Assembly: GCF_006345805.1 (NCBI RefSeq)
Contig: NC_043014.1
Span: 186,001-250,000 of the forward strand
Source of the DNA: Octopus sinensis
Taxonomy: Eukaryota
Length of the DNA stretch: 64,000 nucleotides
Direction of reading: 5' to 3'
Part shown: positions 14,270 through 27,739 of the stretch, in pieces
How positions within the stretch are numbered: the stretch's first letter is position 1
Layout: the number at the start of each line of letters is the position of its first letter
Notes under the pieces: generated by a model
Database searches by the model: none
Told to the model about the DNA's origin: nothing
The model's input: only the letters and a program-made list of their open reading frames with translations
Position numbers and translations under genes: made by a program

Positions 14270-14486
14270 CTTTCCTGCTCTAGTTACAAGGCCTGAAATT
14301 TGGGGGGAGGGGGCAGTCGATTAGAGTGACCCCAGTATGCAACTGGTACTTAATTTATCAACCCCGAAAGGATGAAAGGCAAAGTTGACCTTGGCAGAAT
14401 TTGAACTCAGAACATAAAGACAGACGAGATACTGCTAAGCATTTCACCTGGCATGCTAACGACTGTGCCAGCTCACCACCCTACTT
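14270..14486 (-). mobile_element. SINE family C (gagctggcagaa head, gttctgagttcaaatt B-box)
   Basis: Flanked by the 11-bp direct repeat taacaattatt (14259-14269 and 14487-14497). Other copies at 25040-25220(-), 40550-40700(-), and in arrays at 46650-47720 and 56690-57290. Confidence 0.8.
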
Positions 14487-16110
14487 TAACAATTATTGCA
14501 TCAAAACTGGGATCAAACATTAAACAAGACAACAGCAAGGATTTCACATCTGGGCTTCTATCTTTGAAAAATATTCTAGAAAATAGAGGAGACTGCATCA
14601 GACACTGGCATAAAATATTTCCATTTTTTATGAACTGCCAGCTCTTCAGACACAGTAGTAATACTATCTCTTTCCCCAACCCCAACCCCACTATCCATTC
14701 TAATATTCCTTGTCTATTAAATCATTAACTAGACCTACGCTTGCCTGCAGAAAAAAACTTGCAGAAAAACTTGAAGCTTTTTCAAATGAAGTAGTTGCCT
14801 CAACTTGAGATTATAAATAATCTCAAGTTTAGAAAAATGATTCCCAAAGAATTTTGGAGAATGAGACAGAAAGAATTAGTTAAATTTGGTTGATTTAAAT
14901 ATATGGGAGTCATTAACTCTCACTTATCAGGATATGAATCCTGGCAAATAGAATGTAAGGAGTTCTAGACTCACCCCAGGAGAATATTTACAAGTTCTGT
15001 AAAAAGAGAAAACAAATTTTTGTTGTCTTTAATTCTAAAAATGGAATCATTCTTTTAATAAAGAGATGGATCTCAAAAATATCACTTTTACTCATATTCT
15101 TCCAACTTTTCATTTTATGCACCAGTTTTTTTTTTTATTCTTTCTCTTTAATAATTCCTCTTCTTTTTATTCCTAGACATGAAAATCATAATTCTTGTGA
15201 TTATTAACCAAAATTGAAGTGCCTGACTTAGCTCCCCCTAGATATTTCTCAGTGTGTGTGTGTGTATGTGTGTGTGTGTATCCAAAGTTCTAAAAACACA
15301 AGACGACAAACATGTTGTAGTTGTTGGTCTGAGGTAAGAACTTTCGTGCAATTCAATCCCTTTTTTTCCTTTCTCACTCTCCGTCCTCTTTGTTTTTACT
15401 TTCCATCTGGTTCGCATAGTTTAGGTTTAGCAATTTAATTATCACATAATTCTTTTCTTTCGACATGTTTCTATATCAAACAGTTACTAGTTGCTCTAAC
15501 TTCCCTTCTACACTTTCTACCGTTCTCATTTTAGTACATTTTACATATCATCATCTTCTCTTCCTATCCTCATCGTCATCATCATCATCATTCTATACTT
15601 ATTTCTCCATTTTTGCATGGTCAGTTCCTTGTTCTCTCTTTCACAAGCTTCAGCATCCAATGTTTATCTCTCTCCACCCCCTCCATCACTGCCTCTGCCA
15701 TTCCTTCCCATGTCTACCCTCAGTTTTCTTCTACAGGGTCCGTCCACTTAGATTGCCTAAGCACATGTGTGTGTATGTGTATATATATAAATATATACAT
15801 ACACATGCACACACGTATATTTGGATGTGTGTGTGTGTGTGTTGCTCAGTCCTTCCAGAACTCTGAGCAATATATACCAACTATGTCACTTATAAAGTCA
15901 ATCTTTTTTTTTTCCGCTGTAAAATGTTTTGAAATTTCTTTCTTCTTTAACCTTAATTCATGTTTTAATGAATGTAATCCATTTGTGAGAGACCATTCAC
16001 ATGTTTTATGTCATCTCTACAGTGTAACAAGGGTTTTATATATTTTGAAACTTGATGAATATATCAGTTTCATACAAAACTAATATTGATAGACAGATAG
16101 ACAGGCAGAC

Positions 16111-16142
<32 letters not shown>

Positions 16143-18981
16143 CAGCAGCAGCAGCAGCAGCTTTAAATGATATGAACACTGTAGTTATGTTGTCTTAGTT
16201 TGGCAGTATGTTGGAAATATGGTTTGGTAAGCAGTAAATAACAGCATTGTAAGATATCACTTGCATAAGAAGAAGCACATGTGTTTGTAGAGTTGGCTGC
16301 TTTCTCCGAACAGCAGCAGTCGGTATGTTAGCCAAGTAACAACATCCACACAGGCCTCTGTCTACACAGGCTTCACACAAACACACTCCTTTCATTTGCT
16401 TCATTCAAGGGTTTCTCATTTCTTTCTATAGAGTCTTTTAATTTCCTGTTACCAGTATCCTTAACTATTTACTATTAGTAGAACAGCTATTAAGATGATC
16501 CAACTAAAAGCACAAAATCAGCTAAAATAATACATTTTTTTTAAAACCTAAAATAGGAAAAAACATTTTTTCGTATGCTACCCTTGCCTCTTTCCCTCCA
16601 TTTTCTTCTGAATTTTAATTACTGATTAATGATGTTATTGGTAGCATATTTTCATAAAATCAAATATTAAAACTTCCTCTAAGGTTCTCCACCCCCCAAC
16701 CTCTGACAGAATGTTGTTATATTTAAAACTAATTTGATTTACCATAATTAATTAATTAACATAAACTAACAACAATTTATTTCCAGTGTTTTTAAATAAA
16801 TTTAAAATACTTTTTTTTTAACTTTTACTAAATATGATTTAGATTTTTTTTTTCTTTAATAAATTTCTCTGAACCTTTATAAAAACCTTTAACATTCTGA
16901 AGGTAATATCTAAGAATGTCATGGTTGCTGGAATGATTGTTGAAAACTATGTCTACCTGCTGTGAGTCAACTTTCTAGAGCCCTCCTCTGTCAAAGCTGT
17001 ACGCTTGAGAATAAAAGTTACCATTACAAACGAAAAAAAAAAAAGAAAAGAATAAAATCTAGTGGCTCCATTTGGCATAAATCTGTATCTTGTTTAGATA
17101 TCCATTTACAGTTACATAGACAGTCAGTAGTGCTTAAATGTTTGGTTCACAACTCATTTACAATCAATGTTGTACATAATGTGCACCTTTCAGTCAGTGA
17201 ACTCAGTTCTGGGGATTTTAGTTGCACATAATATAGGAGTCACAGGGTGCTGCTCAATGTGGTGTCGCAGTTTCCATCTAACTAGGAATATTAGGGTCTC
17301 ATCCATTGTCTTGCATTCAGGATCCTCTGCATGACATCCTGCTAGTTCAAAGCCAGGAATCTGATCTGTTAAGGTCCTGCCGATTACTAAATCCATGCCC
17401 TGCTGCTGATGCTTCTATTCATTGTTGTTGAGGTTTTGTCTGTCTCCTACCCTTCGACCTGTCTGGCCTGGTAAGACCTGCCTGAAGATTTCTCTCCCTC
17501 CAGCATAGCTCTCTGGGTCAGTGGAGCACACAGGCACTTCACCGTGACAAGGTACTTGTTGAATTGGTTGTTGACTACACAGTAGTTCTTTCGCCCTTTA
17601 ACGGGTTTTATTTTTTGTCCTGCAGGGTGTCACCCTCCTCACCTAGCAAGCTTGATGGGGTTGCCAGTTTAGTTGCCGACGACCCGACCAGGTTATATTG
17701 GATTACATGTTACCAGTAGCACTTGACAGTGACCCGACATGAATAAAAAACAGGGTTTTAATAAACAAGAAATTTTAAACCACTCCGCGAATGTAGTTAT
17801 TATATATTTGTTTTTTTTATAAACATAAATCTGTCCTCAAATATCTTACGCACCCTGTATTTGTTGAAAATACTATTGAAAATACTATGTCGTTCTATAT
17901 GTCAGTTCCACCATCTTTTGATCATGATTGAATTGTTCTGTGTTTAATTAATTCTGGCCACTAGCAACATCCCCTTACCCTCCCAACCACATCAACTTAA
18001 TCATACAGTAATCCATTCTCGTTAAGTCTCTGTCACACTCTAGAATTTTATTCCATGAAACTTCAAATTCTTTCCAACATTTCTTAGACACTTAAGCTTG
18101 TTCTATGGCATATTATTTGTAACCTCTATGTCCCCATTTAACCTACATCAGGGCACTTTTTTAATAAAAGTTAATAAGCAGTTTTATTAATTAGTTTGAG
18201 CAGCCACAAAATGTAAACTGAAATCTTCTGAGCTGTTTTCTTAGTTCAACCTCTCGGTCTGCTTTGATCATAAAATCACTCTAATCATGGCTTTCCCAAT
18301 TTTGTTTCCATGCACAATGTAGTATCTGACCTGTTTTGTCATGTCTTTTATATGAATGGATGAGTTGGATTTGAATGGGATTTGGCTGCTATCTTGAATA
18401 ATCACAGGGAAAATTCATTATTAACCAAGTGGGTCCTAGAGAAATGGAGGGCTGATTTATTGTTATTATCAGGGTTTATTGGGATCAATCCTTGATTTAC
18501 TCTCATCTCATTAACACAGAAGTAACAATGTCATTGCTATTTATCTCTGGCTCAATTTTGGTCCGATACACTTATCATCAGTGGACAATCTCAATATATC
18601 AGTCCCATCTCTTCAGACTTACAATATTCAGGATTACATTATTGCAGATGTTCTTTTTTAAAATCAGATTTGGGAGAGATTTGACTTCTAACTCTAGAAG
18701 GTGAAGTAATTACATCATGCCTCTTGCCTAATCTATAATACATAGCTTGCCATCAGCAGATCTAATCCAGTGAAGAGAAATTATGATGGAATGATGAAAC
18801 CATGGCTAAGAACTGAATAAGCAGCGGGGAAAGGGACTAAATATATGAATAATAACAGCAAAGATGGACTAATGGGAAGTTTAAGGTGTGAAGTTGAAGA
18901 TAAACCATATTTCTGTATGACTTATTGCTTTGTAGTTTTTCTTTTGGTGTATTTTCAAATGTTTTTGTTTTCTAATTGAAG

Positions 18982-19083
18982 GGCCCTGTCCAGATAAAGA
19001 TAGAAAAATTAGAGCCAGGCAGTCCACCACCCAAGATTTCTGACATCAAATATGAATCTGGAACCAAAACAGAAGATTACTTT
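18982..19083 (+). CDS. C2CD2L: C2CD2/C2CD2L (TMEM24)-family gene, first identified coding exon (SMP domain): GPVQIKIEKLEPGSPPPKISDIKYESGTKTEDYF
   Basis: Acceptor ttttgttttctaattgaag, donor gtaagt, 102 nt, phase 0-0, open frame. The peptide resembles, from recall, the TMEM24 SMP segment '[20 protein letters not shown]'. The symbol reflects family assignment; the invertebrate gene is probably co-orthologous to C2CD2 and C2CD2L. Confidence 0.85.
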
Positions 19084-19119
19084 GTAAGTACACCTGTTAC
19101 ACCTGTGTGTGTGTGTAAG

Positions 19120-19150
<31 letters not shown>

Positions 19151-19409
19151 CTTAATGTCCATGCTGGCATGGGTAGGACAGTTTGACAAGATCCAGCAAG
19201 CCACACAGCCACCTTAGGCTCCAAGGTCATCTTTGATACATTTTCTTTATCTGGAGGCCCTTCTTAATGCCAACCTCTTTACAGACTTTGTTGGGTGCCT
19301 TTTTTGTGCCACCAGCACTTATGAGGTTACCAAGTAATTTGCATGACAGTAAAAAATCAGGGAGAGGAAAACAAACAAGCTCTCACTACTAACAGATATC
19401 ACTTGTGAG

Positions 19410-22177
19410 CAGGGTTGCCAGTTTAGCATATTTTATGCTAAATCTAGCATTTTTTTTCAGCATTTAGCAGAAAATTTTTGAATCTAGCATTTAGCAGGGA
19501 AAATAGCAGGTTTAAAATTTTATTTAGCATTTTTTAGCATTCTTCTCTGATCATGACATTTCCACAATAGTTACCCTTTTTTTCTTCTTTTTCCTCCTTT
19601 TCTACTTTCTCGTTAATGTATCTTACAGCCAAATTTTTAGTACTATCGGTTATTGTTGAATTTTTCTTTCACTTTTTTGAAACTTCAAATGAAAGTTTAT
19701 CAAAAGGAAGTTTATCAAAAGGAAGTTTATCAAGTTATGAACTTTTCCAGCATCCCCCCACCGCCTCTGCCACCGGCTTGTGGGGGGAGGGGGAGGAGAT
19801 AACTCGTGTCAGCACCTGAACTCCCTACACAATAACATAAATATATTGCAAAGAATGAAAGCATGCAAATTCGTCCTAACATTGCTTTATTCTGTCCTGA
19901 TGAGTTTTTGTCATGACAGGTTGACTGATTTACTTTCAGTTTGACTATTTAAAAGTAGGCCTGTGTTTTTTCATGCTTGTTTCAGATTATATATCTTGTA
20001 TAGAAGTACGGCAGGGTTTCCCCCTTTATATTTCTACTTACTTTTTTTTTTTTTTTTTTTTCAAGTATTGTAGTTATATTTGTGATTTTACCAATAGATA
20101 TTAAATGTAAGATTGGAAGCAAAATATAATGTTCCCAGGTTTATATCAGAACACAGTTTTGGGATTTCTGCAGATTCTACTTTTCCATTTATAAGTTGGT
20201 CACCCTGCATCCTGAATCAGTATTGTTCATCTCAAGAATTTGTAAGCAGCAAACATAAGAATTGTTGACAACGAATGAAGGAATTGTTAGCAGCAAACTG
20301 ATAAGTTGTGTTTTCAATTTTATATTTTTATTAATCATTCAATTTATTTTCTTGCTTCCCACAACATTATAATGAGAAAAGAAAAAACAAGGTTGTACCA
20401 GCAAAAATTCCAAAAGGTATGGCTTAAGATGCCAGCATTTACTAAACTGTTGTGTGAGAAATGTTCTAGTGCCATATTTTGATGGAGATTTGATTTCTGA
20501 TACAGGAGATAGAAAATTTAGCCTGTTATTAGATGAATCCAAATGATATATCGATAAACAAGTTGTTAGGAATTGTTATCATATATTACAGTGTCACTCA
20601 CAAAAAAGTAGTACATACATATCTCAGGATGGTATCTTTAGAAATATGTGATGCAGATGGCATTGTAGATGCCTTGAAAATTGAATTAGTGAAAAAGAAA
20701 TTAGATATAAAACATTTCCTGGCCATAGGAACTGATTGTTCTAGAGTAATGATAGGAGTCAACAATGGTGTTTTCCAGAAATTAAAAGAAGTTCTATCAT
20801 TACTTCTATTTAGATGTGTATGTCATTCTTTACTGTTGACAGTATCCCACATTTGTGCTAAATGCTTCCCATAAATTTAGAACTTTTAGTATCCAAAATC
20901 TATAAATGGTTCTCTCATTCTTCAACAAGACAAAGTGCCTACAAAAACTTTACCTTGCTATCAATGGTAAAGAGCCTTTGAAGATTGTGAATTCTTGTAC
21001 CACTAGGTGGCTGTCAAGAGAACCAGCAGTAAATAGAATTTTAAGCCAATGGTTTGAATCCAAACTCACTTCCAAACTACAAAGAAAAAGGCTTTACAGC
21101 ACAAACGTTACATGAAATGTTTTGTGATCTAGGAATGAACTTTACCTTTTATTTTTGCATCCAATTTTAAAACATGTTCAGGAAGTGACTAAACTGTTTG
21201 AATCAAACACTGTCGACAAAACAAAATTACTTGAAGATCTTTCAAATTTGATCAAATCTGTTGCTAATATGATAGTATCGCCAACATGTAGAATTGATCC
21301 TCTCGATCCGGATGCTTCTATTGAAACATTTCTGGATTCTAAACCAAATTTAGGCTACAAGTTCGAGAGAAAGATAGCAGAAATGATTATCAAGAAGACT
21401 GTAACAGCCACCGAAGAAAATAATATTCGCAAAAGAGCACAACAATTTTTTATTCTACCTTTATAAAGAGCTCAAGTACTGTTGGTCAGGAAATATTAAT
21501 ATACTGAGGAATATCAAATATCTTTCAGTAGAGAATATTTTGCAGCATTTCAAAGAGCCAATTTTACCTGCCTTTGAAGCAATGCATTTAAATGAAGAAA
21601 AAATCACTTCAATTGAAATTCAATTTAATAACATTCATTTAGTTAAATGGACAAATACATCTAGTACTGAGGCATTCTGGCTAGAAGTCTTGGAATATAA
21701 AGATGCTACTGGAGGAAATCCTTTTAGAGATGTCGCAAATTTTGCCATTAATCTGTTGACATTGCCAAACTCAAAGGCAGAAGTTGAATGGTTGTTCAGT
21801 AGTATGGGAGTAATCAAATCAAAATTGAAAAACAAAATGCATCTTCCTATTCTTAGATCAATACTGTCTATAGAATATGGCCTGAAAAGATATGGCAAAT
21901 GTTGCAAGGACTTCGATATTCCAAAACGCATAATTAAAAAGATTGGGACCCTGAATGTATACAGAAGTCAAGTTCTAGATACTGCAGCTGGAAGGGGTCA
22001 AAGCAGTGAAATTCAAGAAATTATTTCTCAATGCTGAATATAATTAAAGAAAGTAAATAAAAATGTAAGTAAAAATTAAGCTTTTTGATATAATTAGTCT
22101 TTAGCATTTTTTGGAATGTTTTTGGTATTTTTCTACTGAAATTTAGCATAAAATTCAGATTTAAGGTGGCAACACTG
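19410..22177 (+). mobile_element. hAT DNA transposon (2768 bp), both ends intact, transposase defective
   Basis: TIRs cagggttgcca / tggcaacactg (10 of 11 match). Perfect 8-bp TSD cttgtgag at 19402-19409 and 22178-22185. Subterminal ttagca repeats. Confidence 0.95.
20372..22037 (+). pseudogene. Frameshifted hAT transposase
   Basis: Motifs in order across frames: LLDES (D), IGTD (D), CVCH (CxxH), TTRW, SKAEVEWLFS (E, dimerisation domain). Confidence 0.9.
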
Positions 22178-22469
22178 CTTGTGAGTGCTATGTGACAAGC
22201 ACAGCTTGAACACAAATAAACACTTTTTGCTTCATCAGTTTCATACCAAAATAATTTTTTTCCATGGAAAATTATACATTTGAATTATATATTTGAAAGT
22301 TCTGGATGTGAACGTTTTCTCATTTAGTTTTAATTAAAATTCACTGTTACATATCATGTCAGGGTCCCTCAAACACACTGGTATTTCTACATTTAGAAAG
22401 TTTGTCCTGTTTTTTTCTTTTCTTTTTTTTGTGACTGCTGAACAGCAGCCCTCATTCTAGTTCAATGCA

Positions 22470-22941
22470 CTGGAGCACTAACTCAAGGTGGTGGTGGTCA
22501 TCGTCGTCGTCATCGTCATCATCCTCCTCCTTCTCCTCCTCCTCCAGAAACTACAGCCTAGAAGATGAGCTTCATCCTGGAAGATTTGTAGAGCTCAATA
22601 AGGATGTCTTGCAAACCCTGGTGGAACAAAATCCCATCATAACTGTTGAGGAACAAGGCAAAGAAGCTTGGATTTGGTCATTCAACCATTCATCGACACC
22701 TGCATGTCATCAGTAAAGTCAGCAAATTGGGTCAATGGGTTCCTCACAAACTTTCTGAGTCTACAGTTCTATATTTAAGAGATGAGGGATTATGTACATT
22801 ATTCACATTTGACGGATATTTGTCCTCATCTTGTTTGTTGTTAACACAATGTTTTGGCTGATATACCCTCCAGCCTTCATCAGGTGTCTTGGGGAAATTT
22901 CGAACCTGGGTTCTCATTCCTAAGGTATTTTTTCGATGTTA

Positions 22942-23007
<66 letters not shown>

Positions 23008-23775
23008 TCACTGCGGTATTAAGGAAAGATAGAAAAATAATATTAGATTTATAAGCCCTAAAATTCACTCCATAATTGCCCACCAGCATATAGTATAGTG
23101 GTTAAGAGCGCAGGCTACTAACCCCAAGATTCTGAGTTCAATTCCAAGCTGTCACGCCTGACTAATAAACCTTTTTTGGACTGAATAGTAACTGGTGATG
23201 AGAAACGGGTTCTCTATAAAAATGTCAAGCGCTGAATACAGTGGGTAGGGAAAGGAGAAACACTGGCACTCCAGGCTAAAGAAGGTCTTCATCCATGTAA
23301 GATTTTGTTATCTGTTTGATGGGATATGAAAGGTTTAGTCCACTTTAAACTTTTAAATCCAAACCAAAACGATAACAAAGGAGATCTACTGCAAACAGCT
23401 TGGGTGGCTTAAGTCAGCGCTAGAAGTTGCAAAGAGGACATTCCAAAGGTTGGAGCAGTTTGAATGGGAAACAATGCCCAACCCACCATATTCACTGGAC
23501 ATTACCCCATCTGATTATCATTTATTCTATAGTCTTCAAAATCATTTGGATGGAAAAAATATGAATTCTGTAAATAAGGTCAGACTAGTACTGGGGGAGT
23601 ATTTTTTGTCACAGACAAAATGAATTTTGGAAGAGGGCCTTGCAAGTCTACAAGATAGATGGAAGAGTATTGTAGAAAATGAAGGAGAGTATATTTTAGA
23701 TTAAAAAAGAACTTTTTGTTTATTTTAATTTTGAAAAATAAAAGTATAAAAAATCACATTTATAGGATGACCCAG
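22470..23775 (+). mobile_element. Degenerate mariner (DD34D) transposon, interrupted at 22764-23168
   Basis: SLEDELHPGR, WVPHKLSE, IVTGDEK, PPYSLDITPSDYHLF. 3' TIR-like end ...ataggatgacccag followed by TA. Confidence 0.88.
22764..23168. mobile_element. SINE-like insertion with a tRNA-like head (23086-23168, +) and an (AAT)n/hammerhead-like body (22764-23011, -)
   Basis: A-box tagtatagtgg at 23091, B-box gttcaattc at 23136; the body carries CTGATGA...aaa on the minus strand. Confidence 0.65.
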
Positions 23776-25271
23776 TATATAGAGATAGGTGAAAGTAGTT
23801 GAGAAGGAGATAAAAAGATTGGGATAGAGTGTCATACACACACGCACACACTTGTACATGTGCATGTATACATATAAGCACACCTGTTACAACTGTGTGT
23901 GTGTGTATAAAGATATATATATATTGATAAGGCCCAGGGATCCAAGTGTAGGAAGTTTGTAAGTTTCAAGCAGTCTGTGGCATCATCATCATTTAACGTC
24001 CATTGTTTGTGCTGGCATGGGTTGGATGGTTTGATCAGGGTTGGTAAGCTGAGGGTCTGATTTGGCATGGTTTCTACAACTAGATGCTCTTTCTAACATG
24101 CCAACCACTTTACAAAGTGTACTGGGTGCTTTTATGTGCCACCAGCACAGGTGCCAGTTGCATGACACCAGTATCTGCCACGACTATGTTTTCACTTGGT
24201 TAAATTGGTCTTCTTCTCAAGCACAGCATATTGCCAAAGGTCTCAGTCATTTGTCATTGCTTCCGTGAGGCCCAATACACTCTAAAATTGCCTTATACAT
24301 GCCACCAGCACAGGTACCAGTTACACAACACTAGCATCGGCCACATTGCCTCGGTGAGGCCCAACACTTGAGAGGTGCTTTTCCAGTGTTCCTGGCACAG
24401 ATGCCAATTGCATAAGACTGACATTGGCCATGACTACAATTTCATTTGATTTTACAGGTCCTCTTAAGCACAGCATATCACCAAAGGCCTTGGTCACTAG
24501 ACATTTCCTCTGTGAGGCCCACTGATTAAAGATCATGCTTCACCACCTCATCCCATATCTTCCTGGGTTTACCTCTTCCACAGGTTCCCTCCACAGTTAG
24601 ACATCAGCACTTCTTTACACAGCTGTCCTCGTCCATATGCATCACATGACCATAGCAGCACAGTCATCTCCCTTGCACACCACATTTGATGCCTCTTATG
24701 CCCAACTTTTCTTTCAAGGTGCTTAGGTATTGAAAACAAAAAGTGGACAGCATACAGTCAGCAACAATAACAATTCAGTGGCATCAAAGGTTACACACAT
24801 TTTCCCATTTCAAAGTTACAAGGAAATTCAATAAGCTGAAAGTTTCTATAGAGTTCACTGTTAACAACTAGAGTTGTGAATAAGTGTGAATAAAAATCCA
24901 AATTGAGGGAGTGGAACAGGTAAAATTCAGGCAACATATGTTTCCCAGCCAACAGATCCTCTGATGTAATAATTAATCAACGAGAGGTCTTCAACTTAAC
25001 TAATCATCAGGCTGGGAATACTTTAATTCTATGCAGGTTACATTGTTTTTAGGGGGGGGGGGCAGGACAGTTGATTAGACTGACCCAAGTACTTGACCTT
25101 TACTTATTTTATTGAAAGGGAAAGTTGACCTCAGAGGAATCTGAACTCAGAATGTAATGGTGGACAAAATACTACCAAGCATTTCACTTGGCATGCTAAT
25201 GAGTCTGCCAGCTAATTGCCTTAATAATGAGAATAATAATTTAAAATCATTCATTTCTACTTCTTTTCCAG

Positions 25272-25391
25272 GTCATCAATTATTTCTCTGATGCTCGCAA
25301 CTTGTCATTCTCTATGTTTGCCTCCCAAAAAACTCACACTGGAATGAAACTAACCAATTGTTTATGTGACGTGGCAAGATACCAAGCGAAA
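25272..25391 (+). CDS. C2CD2L: C2CD2L-family exon (SMP): VINYFSDARNLSFSMFASQKTHTGMKLTNCLCDVARYQAK
   Basis: Acceptor ttctacttcttttccag, donor gtaagt, 120 nt, phase 0-0, in frame with both flanking exons. Confidence 0.88.
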
Positions 25392-25519
25392 GTAAGTACT
25401 TTCTTCTCATTTTATCAGCACTCTGGTAATTGTTGTTGTTGTTGTTGTTGTATCCCTAATTTCTCCCAGGATTTGCTCCAAGATTTGAAATAGTTCCTAA
25501 GATCAAAGGTTTTCTTCCA

Positions 25520-27560
25520 TAGCTTAAAATTAACCTCTGGTTTGGGTCACTGGAAACAGTGCTGAAACCCCTCAGATGTATTTATCCCCATGTGATAATT
25601 CATCCCTTGCTTTAACATCATCCCCTTTTGGTCAAGGTGCTAACAAAGAGGCAGATGCTGATCGAAGAACTGAGCTGTGATGTGCAAAGATGCAGCACTA
25701 TTCAAAGCAATCCTATCCATGACAACTTGCAATTCTTGTAATACATCAAGGACAGGATGGCTAAAGAACTTGGCATGGATGGAGCTCTGATCAATTTGGA
25801 TCAATCAAAAGCCTTTTATAGGGTTGACCACCATTACTTGGCAGCCAGTTTTGGTCCCATTTTCCATGGCTAGATTGCCACAGTGTGCAACATCTGCTTG
25901 GTAGTTTGGGTGAATGATTACTTTTTGGAACCATTCAGCATCATGCACTCAGTCCATCAAGGTTACCCTCCCTCATTTCCTCTGTATGTACAAGCTCTAG
26001 AGCCACTGCTGTGAAAAATGGAAGTGTTGAGAGGCATCCCACGTGGGAGGACCATGTCAGCCTATGCAGATGATGTTACCTTACAGTGTCAGACATCAGA
26101 CACATAGATTACTTAATCAGCACTGCTCTAAAAGAATACAAAGTGGTGAAAGGGACAAAAATTAACGAAGAAGAGTCAATGGGCCTGCAGATTGGCACCT
26201 AGTGAGGTAGATCCAATAACATTGTGACATGCTGGACAGAAAAACCAGCTAAATTGCTTGGGATTTGGTTTGGTTTCGAGGTAGAGAAGAATTGGGATGA
26301 GGTGATGAGCAGGGTGGCTAATCTTACCCAGAAATTGACTGACAGAAACTATATCTCTGAAAGGGTGGCCAAAGGTAGCAAATGCATACATCCTCTTCAT
26401 TATATTTTACCACTTAACCATCATGCCTAGCCCCAGTTTATGTCTGACCAGACTGGAGCACCTACTCTTGCACTTTGTGTGAAAGGGATGCATTCCACTG
26501 GTTAGGTGCTCCATTGTCAACACCCACTGAATGGAGGACTGAGCATGTCTGGGCTGTTGATATGCAGACCTGTACTGAGGCTATGACATCTCCAGCACTT
26601 CTTTAATGGTGAGCAGGTGTGGTCACCTTTTGTCAGATTTGCTTTCCCACTGATCATCTCTTCAACTGAGCTGCAGGACACCTGGTCCTTAGGGTGTTGT
26701 CTGGCATTCACGGTACTTTGACACTCAAGTAAAAATGCAGTCAGTGGAACTTCCATTTTGGTGTTCCAAGGAAGATTCGTGATAGACAAGTGCAACAGCA
26801 TTCTAGGGGAGATTCTGGGTATCAGCATGAATCAACCGGCTGGTCTGTTCTGGTGATCTTTCAGGCCAGGGTCCACAGATAATTTCAGAAATCTTTGTTG
26901 CGATAATGCTACTGGGGGGGCACATTGCTGGTTTGGAATAAACTCCACAGGCATGGAAGTACCATCAGCCAGGCTTGCCTGAAATGCATGCATGCTCTCA
27001 TCCAGTGCTCAAGCATTGTTGAATTGTTGGTTTATGTGAAACACTTGCTGTTGTGTGTAGGACTGATCCAGCTATTGGCTGGGTCTATTGAGATTATCCT
27101 ACTTCCTTCCATTGGTCAGGAAGAGCAGACAATATTTATTTGTCCGGTAGCCTTAGCAAAAGAGATTGTGTGGTGGACCAGATTGAAAGAGCTGAAGACA
27201 GACACTTTCCTCTTTGGATAAGCACACATCAACTTTTTCAAATTTCACTTGAAAAGAAAAGTGAGGATGGAGAGGGAAGTGCTGCTAAGGGGAGTGAATG
27301 TCCCAAGAATGATCCAAGTGAATGGACCTACTCTAAGCAGGCACCTATAGATTGAAGGAAAATAATATGGAGAGAGCACTTGCTCTAGTGGTCAGGGCAA
27401 CTGTCGTTTTGTGGGGTTTCCATAAGTAGCCCAAGGAAGTTTCCCTCTTTTGGGGAATTATTCATCACTAGAATTTATCTTTTCACTGTTTTTTTACTTT
27501 TTAGCCACTTCTTTATGTAACCCCACATCATATTGTCCTGTACTGTCCCCAACGTTTTTT
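25520..27560 (+). mobile_element. Tx1/L1-clade LINE fragment (RT to C-terminus), degenerate
   Basis: Peptides LINLDQSKAFYRVDH, SVHQG, ALEPLL and SAYADDVT across frames. Confidence 0.8.
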
Positions 27561-27739
27561 GTGCACCCTCAGTAGTGAAAAAAAGGCATTACGTCATCAA
27601 GCACTCACTGCTTTCTGCCAGTTAGGTAATACAGTCAATGGAATTTCTATGGTAGCAATGTATAGAAATCTAGTGGTGAGTGAGACCAATGATGTTCTCA
27701 AGGAAACTCTAGGCTTTGACAAGGATGAACTAGTTGGTA

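Noticed and set aside
15290-15334. Donor GAG/gtaaga in a CpG-retaining region as a C2CD2L exon
   Set aside because: No convincing acceptor or start codon and no family similarity; it could be a non-coding first exon, but this cannot be supported.
16291-16322. Microexon ELAAFSEQQQS
   Set aside because: Its 5' phase has no partner, and the SMP segment it resembled is already encoded by exon 25272-25391.
17760-17859. Single Tc1-like end (cttacgcaccctg|TA); similar at about 8730
   Set aside because: There is no partner TIR or coding remnant, so the extent cannot be defined.
18492-18704. ORF just upstream of the first SMP exon as the TM exon
   Set aside because: It lacks the expected Trp-containing SMP helix and a usable donor.
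19890-19925. Other CTGATGA matches (19898, 6838, 62311)
   Set aside because: None has stem II followed by GAAA and stem III/UH.
23086-23168. tRNA gene
   Set aside because: A and B boxes are present, but there is no matching acceptor stem and it runs into repeat sequence, so it is treated as a SINE head. The same applies to the heads of families A and C.
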